From: Candidatus Pullichristensenella excrementigallinarum
Lineage (GTDB): Bacteria; Bacillota; Clostridia; Christensenellales; Aristaeellaceae
DNA: 57,502 nucleotides
Direction of reading: 5' to 3'
NCBI GenBank assembly: GCA_018714825.1
Contig: DVMU01000205.1
Coordinates: 1 to 57,502, forward strand
The translations under genes were made by a program, and so were the position numbers. Positions 28,635 to 35,792 of the stretch are shown piece after piece (positions within the stretch are counted from its first letter, which is position 1; every line of letters begins with the position of its first letter). The notes under the pieces were generated by a model, which was given only the letters and a program-made list of their open reading frames with translations, had not been told where the DNA came from and ran no database searches.

Positions 28635-28811
28635 TCACTCCCACATGGCGAGGGCTTCCAGCGCGGCGCGGACGATGGTTCCCATCGTCAACAGCCCCGC
28701 CAGCAACCGCACGCCCTTTTTTTTTGCGCCCTCCGGCAACAGAAGCTCCACCACGGCCGAAAGCGCGCAGACTGCCGTGAGGCGGACGGCGCAATCCTTG
28801 AGAATCTCCAT
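28635..28811 (-). CDS. spoIIIAF: stage III sporulation protein AF, truncated to the two-TM N-terminal module (58 aa)
   Basis: Not in the ORF track (under 60 aa). My translation is MEILKDCAVRLTAVCALSAVVELLLPEGAKKKGVRLLAGLLTMGTIVRAALEALAMWE. The LLP..K.....L..LL pattern matches the SpoIIIAF N-terminus. GGAGGG lies 5 nt before the ATG. The gene fills the AE-AG gap exactly. Confidence 0.7.
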   Translation of the reverse strand: MEILKDCAVRLTAVCALSAVVELLLPEGAKKKGVRLLAGLLTMGTIVRAALEALAMWE

Positions 28812-28820
28812 ACTCCCTCC

Positions 28821-29954
28821 TCACCGGACGATCCCGGCTCCCGCCATCAGGGCGCCGCCCAGAAGCAGAAGCAGGATTACCATGCCGGAAGCGCAGACCA
28901 CCGTCAGCATTCCCGCGACTTGCGAAAAGCGATCCGTAAAGCGCAAAATCGCGTCCGCGCCCAGAGGTTCGATCAGGGCCGAAGCCAATCGCAGAACTGC
29001 CAACGCCGCAACCAATTCCAGAAGCGGCCGGGCGCACGCGCCGATGAGCACCGCCACTCCCGTGACTCCCACCGCGTTTTTTGTCAGCAGAATGCTGGAA
29101 ACCAATGCGTCCATGGTGTTGGCTACCTCGCCGCCGATCACGGGCAAAAGGTTGTCCACCGCGTATCGCGCGGTGCGCACGGCGGCAGAATCATAGCTCG
29201 CAGCCAGAAGGTTTTTCATGGATACAACGCCCAAAAACGCGGTCATCAGCACCCCCGTCAGCCAGTTGACCACCGAGCGAACCAGCGAAAACAGCCGATC
29301 CAGCCGAATCTTGGGGCTGAGATTTCCCGCCACGGCCAAAATCGCCGCAATTCCCGTCAATTTCAGCGCCACTCCGTTCAAAAGCTCGGAAAACGCATGG
29401 CCGGCCAACGCCGCAAGCGGAGAAAGCATCGCTGCCGAGGCAGTAGCTCCCGTCAGGCCAAGAATGGTCGAAAGTATCGGGAACAGCGCGTCTGAAATAC
29501 CTGCCACTCGCAATATCAGTTCTTCCGCGCCGGCAACCAGTCCGAAAAACCATCGCATCAATTGCAAGGCGCAGACCAGAAAACACACCTGTCCCACCGC
29601 TTGCGCGCCGCGCGCATCCCCGGCCATCTGGTCGATTGCAGCCGCCAGGAGCACGGGCAGGATCAGCCCCGCAAGCATCTTGAGCGCCTCGAAGAATTCC
29701 CCCAACAGCGCCTCCAGCGCAGAAGAGAAAAGCTGTTCAAGATCCCAATCGCTGTCCCCCGAAGCGATGGAGAGGATCATTTCCTTTATGTCGATCTCCC
29801 CGGCCCATTCTTCCAACGGGGAAAGATCCACATTTTCCAGAATGGTTTCGGCATCTATCTCTGCGGTCTGTTCCGCCTGTTGAGCCTGTTCGGCATTGCC
29901 GAAGCCGGAAAGCAGCAAGAGCGCCGCCACCGCCAGCGCAACGGCAAACCTCAC
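28821..29954 (-). CDS. spoIIIAE: stage III sporulation protein AE
   Basis: 377 aa. It has a signal-like N-terminus and a polytopic core with repeated AE motifs (LLPVIGGEVANTMDALVSS, AVGVTGVAVLIG). Confidence 0.9.
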   Translation of the reverse strand: MRFAVALAVAALLLLSGFGNAEQAQQAEQTAEIDAETILENVDLSPLEEWAGEIDIKEMILSIASGDSDWDLEQLFSSALEALLGEFFEALKMLAGLILPVLLAAAIDQMAGDARGAQAVGQVCFLVCALQLMRWFFGLVAGAEELILRVAGISDALFPILSTILGLTGATASAAMLSPLAALAGHAFSELLNGVALKLTGIAAILAVAGNLSPKIRLDRLFSLVRSVVNWLTGVLMTAFLGVVSMKNLLAASYDSAAVRTARYAVDNLLPVIGGEVANTMDALVSSILLTKNAVGVTGVAVLIGACARPLLELVAALAVLRLASALIEPLGADAILRFTDRFSQVAGMLTVVCASGMVILLLLLGGALMAGAGIVR

Positions 29955-30337
29955 AGGAGCACCTCCTCCACCACCACCAAGACTTCGCGCAAAAGCGGCG
30001 CGGCAATCCCGAAAAGGGCCACCCTTACCCCCAATTCAATCCTTCCCGCCAGCGCTTTTTCGCCCGCGTCCTCGCAAATCTGTTGCGCAAACTCCGCGAG
30101 CAGGGCAATGCCCGCCGCGCGCAGGAGGACCGCCGCGCCGTCCTGTCCCTGCTGCGCCCGGATGGAGAATTCCCGGATGACCTGCGCCGCGCTTTGCAAG
30201 CCGGGCAAGAGCAGCATAAGCGCCGCGGCTCCTGCGGCCAGCGCCACCCCCAGCGCCATTTCCGGCCGCTGCGGGCGCAGCATGGCGCAGATCAGCGCCG
30301 CGCCCACGCACAGAAGCGAGAGATAGACCGTCTCCAT
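29951..30337 (-). CDS. spoIIIAD: stage III sporulation protein AD
   Basis: 128-aa membrane protein with LLRAAGIALLAEFAQQICEDAGEKALAGRIELGVRV. ATGA/TAATG-type overlaps join it to its neighbours. Confidence 0.88.
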   Translation of the reverse strand: METVYLSLLCVGAALICAMLRPQRPEMALGVALAAGAAALMLLLPGLQSAAQVIREFSIRAQQGQDGAAVLLRAAGIALLAEFAQQICEDAGEKALAGRIELGVRVALFGIAAPLLREVLVVVEEVLL

Positions 30338-30531
30338 TACAGCTGGAACAGCGCGCGCACGCTGTCGAAAAATCCCGCGAGCATGTCCACGACCATCAGC
30401 AGCACAACTACCAATCCCGAAAGCGTCGCAAGCGTCGCGATATCCTCGCGTCCCGCGCGATTGAGCACCTGCGCAAGTACCGAGGTCAGGATGCCGATCG
30501 CGGCAATTTTAAAGACAAAATCGATGTCCAT
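30337..30531 (-). CDS. spoIIIAC: stage III sporulation protein AC
   Basis: 64 aa: MDIDFVFKIAAIGILTSVLAQVLNRAGREDIATLATLSGLVVVLLMVV. GGAGG lies upstream. The 146-aa ORF-track version is a 5' extension across spoIIIAB. Confidence 0.88.
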   Translation of the reverse strand: MDIDFVFKIAAIGILTSVLAQVLNRAGREDIATLATLSGLVVVLLMVVDMLAGFFDSVRALFQL

Positions 30532-30541
30532 GCCCGCCTCC

Positions 30542-31039
30542 TCAGAGAAATCCGATTCCCAGCGCCAACCCCGCGAGGATGCCGAGCGTGCCGTACAGCT
30601 TCGCTTTGTCCCGGCTGTTTTTGCCGGCCTCCTCGCCGAGCCGGCCCAAATCGCGCAGCGTCTGCGAAAACAGCGCCTCCTGTTCCCTCTTTCCGGAAAT
30701 TCCCAGGCCCTCAAAGAACCGGTCGAGCACGGAGATTTCCTCTGTCTGCAAGCTGTCCATTGCTCCGCCGCGCCCAATCATGCCTTCCCGTGCGCATTCC
30801 CATGCGCGCGCAATTCCTTCCGGCCCCATTTCTTTTCCGATTTTCTGAAACGGCGCGAAGCGCGACTGCTCCAGCGCCGCCCGCAAAGGCGAGAGCCCGT
30901 CCAACATATGTATGCGCAAAAGCTGGATCGCATCCATCAGCGCCAGAATTACTCGTTCCCGACGCTCGAGTCCCCCGGCCAGCGCCCGGCCTACTCCCCA
31001 GCACAGGGCCACCGCGACGACCAACAGAGCTATCCGCAT
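30542..31039 (-). CDS. spoIIIAB: stage III sporulation protein AB
   Basis: 165 aa. An N-terminal TM is followed by ILALMDAIQLLRIHM..LDRFFEGLGISGKREQ and a C-terminal TM. Confidence 0.88.
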   Translation of the reverse strand: MRIALLVVAVALCWGVGRALAGGLERRERVILALMDAIQLLRIHMLDGLSPLRAALEQSRFAPFQKIGKEMGPEGIARAWECAREGMIGRGGAMDSLQTEEISVLDRFFEGLGISGKREQEALFSQTLRDLGRLGEEAGKNSRDKAKLYGTLGILAGLALGIGFL

Positions 31040-31914
31040 TTTTGCTTCCCCCGTTCCAAATTGCGTATCTCCAGGATTTTCCCCGGCCTGTCCCCCAGCA
31101 AAAACAGGCGATCAAACGCTCCCTGTGCAAACATCCGCGCCATGGCCTCGCGGCGCAAAGCCTCTTCAAGGCTCTGCGCGTGCGCGGTGGCGAGCACCCG
31201 GCAGCCGCATCTCTTTGCGTCGAGGACGGCGTCCGCGTCGCGCCGATCGCCCAATTCGTCCGTGAGCACAATATCCGGCCGCATGGAACGCACCAAATGG
31301 GGAATCGCCAGGTGCTTGGGGCATAGATCCATCACATCTGTGCGCGGTCCCACGTCCAGTCTGGGAATTCCTTCCCGGCACGCGGCCAATTCGCCGCGCT
31401 CGTCCGCCACGGCCACATTCCATCCCGCCCGGGAGATCAGCCGCGCCGCGTCGCGCAGCATGGTGGTCTTCCCCATTCCGGGAGGCGAGAGAATCACGGC
31501 GCTTTTCAGCGCGTTCCCCGCCGCGATCTCGCGGAAAACCTCCTCTCCCGCGCCCAATGCCTCGCGCGCCACGCGCACGCACAGAGAGCCGATGTGCGTC
31601 AGGGCCAGAATCTTTCCCTCCTGCACATGATACCTCCCGCAAATGCCCACGCGCGCGCCTCCTTCAAGGGTAAAAAATCCCTGCCGCAATTCGTCTTCCC
31701 AGGCATAGAGGCTGTATTCCAGCATGGAACGGGCGACCCTGTTCACCGTCCGATCGTCCAGGGGGGCTCCAAACAGCTCGTCCCCCTCGAAAAAACAGAG
31801 CTGGGCCGGGCGATTGGGCCGCAGGCGAAGCTCCGTGATCTCTTCCCGCATCTTCCGAACCCGACCGGCCAACCCCTCCGGCAGGGCCCGGCAGATGCTC
31901 TCCAGCGCCTCCAT
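31030..31914 (-). CDS. spoIIIAA: stage III sporulation protein AA (AAA+/secretion-type ATPase)
   Basis: 294 aa from ATG 31914, with GGAGG 7 nt upstream. ITELRLRPNRPA, Walker A SPPGMGKTTMLRD, and Walker B DIVLTDELG. The ORF-track start at 32313 would overlap the upstream gene and its terminator. Confidence 0.9.
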   Translation of the reverse strand: MEALESICRALPEGLAGRVRKMREEITELRLRPNRPAQLCFFEGDELFGAPLDDRTVNRVARSMLEYSLYAWEDELRQGFFTLEGGARVGICGRYHVQEGKILALTHIGSLCVRVAREALGAGEEVFREIAAGNALKSAVILSPPGMGKTTMLRDAARLISRAGWNVAVADERGELAACREGIPRLDVGPRTDVMDLCPKHLAIPHLVRSMRPDIVLTDELGDRRDADAVLDAKRCGCRVLATAHAQSLEEALRREAMARMFAQGAFDRLFLLGDRPGKILEIRNLERGKQKCG

Positions 31915-31937
31915 CCCATTCCTCCCCCCACAAAGCG

Positions 31938-31966
31938 AATATATGTCTCTTGCGCGCGGCTTATCC
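31938..31966 (-). promoter_or_regulatory. candidate sigma-E-type sporulation promoter of spoIIIA
   Basis: Minus strand reads GATAAG - 14 nt - CATATATT. It loosely resembles the sigma-E -35 ATA.. and -10 CATAcA-T elements. Its position is right, but the match is weak. Confidence 0.3.
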
Positions 31967-31979
31967 CCTTCCGGGCAGC

Positions 31980-32006
31980 AAAAAGCGGACGGCCAAAGCC
32001 GTCCGC
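31980..32006 (-). terminator. rho-independent terminator of the ECF S-component gene
   Basis: Minus strand reads GCGGACGGC-TTTG-GCCGTCCGC followed by TTTTT. A second upstream copy of CAGCGGACGG forms a short direct repeat. Confidence 0.75.
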
Positions 32007-32024
32007 TGAAACCGTCCGCTGAAT

Positions 32025-32549
32025 TTATACTCCGTTTTTTCGCAAAAGCATGACCACACGCGGCGTAATCAGCGTGTAAACCGCCGTCATAACCATCGAG
32101 GAAACATACCGAAGAACCACGGACCAGAACGTCAAATTGTCGGGGTACTGGTAAATTTTGGCATCCACATACAGCGCTACCGTGTTCAGGGTGGTCACGG
32201 CCAATCCTCCCACCAACACGATTCCCACGGTCTGTTGCAAGGACAGGGTAAAATTCTTCCTCTGGGCATAAAGGCCGATGATCAAGCCTTCCACCATGCC
32301 CGGCAGCATCCACATCAACGTCGTCGGGCCGACGCCATATTTAAGATACTGGTTCAAAAATCCGCCGACCGCGCCGACAAGCATCGCATCCGCCCATCCG
32401 AAGCGCAAGCCCGCGACGATGATTGGAAACAGCGAAAATGACAGCCGGAGCACGTAAATGTCGATCGCCACATAGCTCAACGCGGTATATAACGCGATCA
32501 GAACCGCATCAGCAACAAGTCTCTTGGTTTTCACAGGCATCCCCTCCAA
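32025..32549 (-). CDS. ECF transporter S component (folate-family-like substrate-capture subunit)
   Basis: About 171-174 aa and six predicted TM helices. The pattern LIALYTALSYV..FPIIVAGLRFGWADAMLVGAVGGFL is typical of ECF S subunits. The start is ambiguous between TTG 32549 and ATG 32540. No ECF A/T genes are adjacent. Confidence 0.6.
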   Translation of the reverse strand: MEGMPVKTKRLVADAVLIALYTALSYVAIDIYVLRLSFSLFPIIVAGLRFGWADAMLVGAVGGFLNQYLKYGVGPTTLMWMLPGMVEGLIIGLYAQRKNFTLSLQQTVGIVLVGGLAVTTLNTVALYVDAKIYQYPDNLTFWSVVLRYVSSMVMTAVYTLITPRVVMLLRKNGV

Positions 32550-32571
32550 TTCCAGCTCGAGTCCGCCGTCA

Positions 32572-32600
32572 ATTATAACCTATTTCCATCCAATTCTCAA
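32572..32600 (-). promoter_or_regulatory. sigma-A type promoter of the ECF S-component gene
   Basis: Minus strand reads TTGAGA - 17 nt - TATAAT. The leader is only about 25 nt, so there is no room for a riboswitch. Confidence 0.6.
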
Positions 32601-32659
32601 TGGTGTTTTTTCATTGAGCGGGTATAATAAATACACTAAGAGTGATAGGAGGGAAGCCT

Positions 32660-34672
32660 ATGCCTCGCAAAGCCATCAAGCGCGCACAATACAAGATTCT
32701 GTCGATCGACCCTTATCTCAAGCCGTATTATAACGACATTGATCTTCGTATGCAGCGCCATGCCGAGACGCGACGAATTCTTCTGGGGGACAAGGCGGAT
32801 CTTTCCTCTTTTGCCAACGGTTATCTCTATTACGGCATCCATAAGACGGATTGCGGCTGGGTCTATCGTGAATGGGCGCCGGGTGCGGACGCGATGCATC
32901 TCATCGGCGATTTTAACGATTGGAATCGGCAAAGCCATCCGATGCAGAAATTGGAAAATGGGAACTGGGAATTGGAACTTGGCGAGGACACGCTCATGCA
33001 CGGCCAGCGCGTAAAGGTGCAAGTCACGCGTGGGAACGAAAGCTTCGATCGCATTCCCACTTACATCCGCCGCGTGATCCGTGATCCGGAAAACGGCCAG
33101 TTCTATGGCCAGGTCTGGGCTCCGCACCGGCCCTTTTTGTGGACGGACGGCGGTTACGGCCGGCGCAAGCTCAACCCGCTGTTTATCTATGAGACGCACG
33201 TGGGAATGGCGCAGGAAGACGAAGGGATCGGCAGTTACCGCGAATTTGCCGATCGGATTCTCGATCGGATTCAGGAAGCGGGATACAATACCATTCAGCT
33301 CATGGCCGTTATGGAGCATCCCTACTACGCTTCCTTCGGCTATCAGGTCACCAATTTCTTCGCCGCGTCGTCCTGGTACGGCAACCCTGAAGATTTAAAA
33401 TACCTGATCAATACGGCGCATGAGATGGGCATGTTTGTCCTGCTGGACGTTGTGCACTCCCACGCCTGCAAAAACACCGCAGAAGGACTCAATCGCTTTG
33501 ACGGAACGGACGATCAGTTCTTCACCCGGGAAGACCATCCCGCTTGGGATACCAAGTTGTTCAATTACGGCAAGCATGAAGTCATCCATTTCCTGCTTTC
33601 CAACCTCAAATTCTGGATGCAGGAATACCATTTCGACGGTTTCCGCTTTGACGGCGTGACCTCCATGCTCTATCACGATCATGGTCTGGGCACCGATTTT
33701 GTCAGCTACGATCGTTATTTCAGCCTCAACACCAATGTCGAAGCGGTAACGTATCTGCAGCTGGCCAACGAATTGGTGCACGCGGTCAATCCCTTTGCCG
33801 TGACCATTGCCGAGGATATGAGCGGAATGCCCGGCATGTGCCTGCCCATTCGCTACGGCGGTCTGGGATTCGATTACCGTCTCTCCATGGGCGTGCCGGA
33901 TTATTGGGTCAAGACCATCACCGAAAAATCCGATGAAAACTGGGACATGTTCAAGATGTGGCATGAATTGACCACTCGCCGTCCGCAGGAAAAAAACATC
34001 GGGTATTGCGAGAGCCACGATCAGGCGCTGGTGGGGGATAAAACGCTCATCTTCCGCATGGCGGATAAAGAGATGTATACCGGCATGAACAAGGATTACC
34101 ATTCCATCATCATGGATCGCGCCATCGCGCTGCATAAGATGATCCGCTTTGTCACCATGACGCTCGCGGGCGAAGGGTATCTGAACTTCATGGGCAACGA
34201 ATTCGGCCATCCCGAATGGATTGATTTCCCGCGCGAGGGAAACGGCTGGAGCTACAAATATGCCCGCCGCCAGTGGTCGCTTGCGGACAATGGTTTCCTC
34301 AAATACGAATGGCTCCGGGATTTCGACCGCGCGATGCTCAAATTTGCGCGCAAATACCGCGTGCTTTCCAAGCACGGCGCCGTCAACCTGTGGATTGATC
34401 AGGAACGGAAATTGCTGGCCTTCTCCAAGGGAGACATCGTCTACCTGTTCAATTTTCATCCGACGATCTCCCCCGCAGATTTCTTCCTTCCCACCCATTC
34501 GGTCGGCGAGGGCAAATACCAGGCTGTCTTTTCCTCGGATGATCCGGAATTCGGCGGACTGGGCCGCATAGATGAAAAATACGTCTACGAAGCGAAAAAC
34601 CATCCCGGGCGGGGCGTGGGCTTTGAGGTATATATTCCCTGTCGCACGGCCGTGGCGTTTAAAAGGATCTGA
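32660..34672 (+). CDS. glgB: 1,4-alpha-glucan branching enzyme (GH13, eukaryote-like short type)
   Basis: About 670 aa. WVYREWAPGADAMHLIGDFNDWN, then the GH13 catalytic blocks LLDVVHSH, FDGFRFDGVTSM, TIAEDMSG and YCESHDQALVG. ATG 32660 follows AGGAGG. Confidence 0.9.
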   Translation: MPRKAIKRAQYKILSIDPYLKPYYNDIDLRMQRHAETRRILLGDKADLSSFANGYLYYGIHKTDCGWVYREWAPGADAMHLIGDFNDWNRQSHPMQKLENGNWELELGEDTLMHGQRVKVQVTRGNESFDRIPTYIRRVIRDPENGQFYGQVWAPHRPFLWTDGGYGRRKLNPLFIYETHVGMAQEDEGIGSYREFADRILDRIQEAGYNTIQLMAVMEHPYYASFGYQVTNFFAASSWYGNPEDLKYLINTAHEMGMFVLLDVVHSHACKNTAEGLNRFDGTDDQFFTREDHPAWDTKLFNYGKHEVIHFLLSNLKFWMQEYHFDGFRFDGVTSMLYHDHGLGTDFVSYDRYFSLNTNVEAVTYLQLANELVHAVNPFAVTIAEDMSGMPGMCLPIRYGGLGFDYRLSMGVPDYWVKTITEKSDENWDMFKMWHELTTRRPQEKNIGYCESHDQALVGDKTLIFRMADKEMYTGMNKDYHSIIMDRAIALHKMIRFVTMTLAGEGYLNFMGNEFGHPEWIDFPREGNGWSYKYARRQWSLADNGFLKYEWLRDFDRAMLKFARKYRVLSKHGAVNLWIDQERKLLAFSKGDIVYLFNFHPTISPADFFLPTHSVGEGKYQAVFSSDDPEFGGLGRIDEKYVYEAKNHPGRGVGFEVYIPCRTAVAFKRI

Positions 34673-34779
34673 TTCCGGCGCAGCGCTTTCAGATGGTTCC
34701 CGGCAATTTTCTCATTCTGCGGAAAATCCCGTTTGAGGACTTGCCAAAGGGTGTATAATATCCATAGAGAGGTGAGCGC

Positions 34780-35181
34780 ATGAAGCGACGGGCAACGGTG
34801 GTCTTGCATGAGGGCCGCCTCATGGCTGAGGTTTTGCGCACGGAAGCGTGCCAACAGTGCCGCGCGTGTCAATTCGGGCAACAGGAACGCGTGCTTGTCG
34901 AACTCCCTGCGGGCGCGCATCGACCGGGAGAGGAAATTGAGCTGGAACTCCCCGAAAAGCAATTTGCCGTCGCCTCGGTTCTCGCTTACGGCCTTCCGGT
35001 GCTCCTTTTGTTCCTGGGACTGGGAATCGGCAGCCTTCTTGGTCTGCAGGAAATCTGGCAGGCGGCCTGCGCGTTTGCGGGGCTGGCGGTAGGACTGGGG
35101 ATTATCAAGCTGCTCGATCCGAAGTTGCGAAAAATGCGGCCCGTCTCGCGCCCCTGCAATTCCGAAAAATTCACTCGATAA
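34780..35181 (+). CDS. RseC/MucC-family membrane protein (SoxR-reducing-system component-like)
   Basis: 133 aa. An N-terminal OB-like region carries Cys cluster CQQCRACQFG, followed by two TM helices (VLAYGLPVLLLFLGLGIGSLL, ACAFAGLAVGLGII). Confidence 0.5.
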   Translation: MKRRATVVLHEGRLMAEVLRTEACQQCRACQFGQQERVLVELPAGAHRPGEEIELELPEKQFAVASVLAYGLPVLLLFLGLGIGSLLGLQEIWQAACAFAGLAVGLGIIKLLDPKLRKMRPVSRPCNSEKFTR

Positions 35182-35193
35182 GGAGGAGATTCT

Positions 35194-35520
35194 ATGTCTG
35201 AAAATACGATCATGCTCGACGGAGCATCCATGGAGGGCGATGCCCTTCGTCAACAGGGGACCATTCTGGTCGATTTCTGGGCGCCCTGGTGTGGCCCGTG
35301 CCGCATGGTAGCTCCCGTACTGGAGCAGCTCGCCGGAGAATACGCGGGCAAGGTCAAGATCGGCAAGATCAATATCGATGAAAATCCCGAAACCGCAGCC
35401 CAGTACGGCGTTTCGAGCATCCCCACCATGATTCTTTTCCGCGAGGGCAAGGAAATCGCCCGTTCGATCGGCGCGCTGCCCAAGCCCGCGCTCAAGGAGT
35501 TCCTGGATCAAAACATTTGA
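35194..35520 (+). CDS. trxA: thioredoxin
   Basis: 108 aa, with active site WAPWCGPC and SIPTMILF. Confidence 0.95.
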   Translation: MSENTIMLDGASMEGDALRQQGTILVDFWAPWCGPCRMVAPVLEQLAGEYAGKVKIGKINIDENPETAAQYGVSSIPTMILFREGKEIARSIGALPKPALKEFLDQNI

Positions 35521-35607
35521 GCTTTCTCGTTAAATCACGCGCATTTGTGCGAATTATCCGCAGTTTTGTGGTATACTTGTGGTGGACAAAGAGGTCTGCC
35601 ATGAAAC

Positions 35608-35642
35608 GATGTGCCGGCGCTTGCCGGCACATCTCCGTTTTC
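35608..35642 (+). terminator. intrinsic terminator hairpin downstream of trxA / within the rnj upstream region
   Basis: Perfect 11-bp stem GATGTGCCGGC / GCCGGCACATC with loop GCTT, followed by TCCGTTTTC. Confidence 0.65.
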
Positions 35643-35792
35643 AGGGAATTTCCCCGGAAAGACAGGCATCAAACATGCCCGCGCGCGTCGTCGGCGGCAT
35701 GTGATGAATAGATCCAGACCCACTCTATCGGCAAAGGAGGGATTCTTCTGGCACAAAAAAAGCCAAAGGGCAAGAGTCCCAAGCTCCGCATC

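Noticed and set aside
28717-28725. An A9/T9 homopolymer inside the mini spoIIIAF, considered as a possible slippage or phase-variation site that could restore a long SpoIIIAF or fuse AF to AG.
   Set aside because: I translated both shifted frames. Each hits a stop within about 10-40 codons, and neither joins the spoIIIAG frame. The tract simply encodes Lys-Lys-Lys. A sequencing-length error remains possible and is noted in the finding.
31998-32020. A short direct repeat GTCCGCTGAA-ACC-GTCCGCTGAA downstream of the ECF S-component gene.
   Set aside because: There are only two 10-nt copies, and one is the terminator arm. This is far too small for a CRISPR or mobile-element signature.
31915-32313. 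An N-terminal extension of spoIIIAA (427-aa ORF) reaching into the ECF S-component gene.
   Set aside because: It would read through an intrinsic terminator (31980-32006) and overlap the upstream gene by about 290 nt. ATG 31914 has a GGAGG RBS and gives a normal-length SpoIIIAA.
35601-35711. A 36-codon Cys-rich ORF (MKRCAGACRHISVF...) with a plausible AAAGAGG RBS between trxA and rnj.
   Set aside because: Its first 14 codons are the two arms of the perfect terminator hairpin, so the Cys/Ala/Gly content is a by-product of the GC stem. I kept it only as part of the leader observation. There is no independent support.
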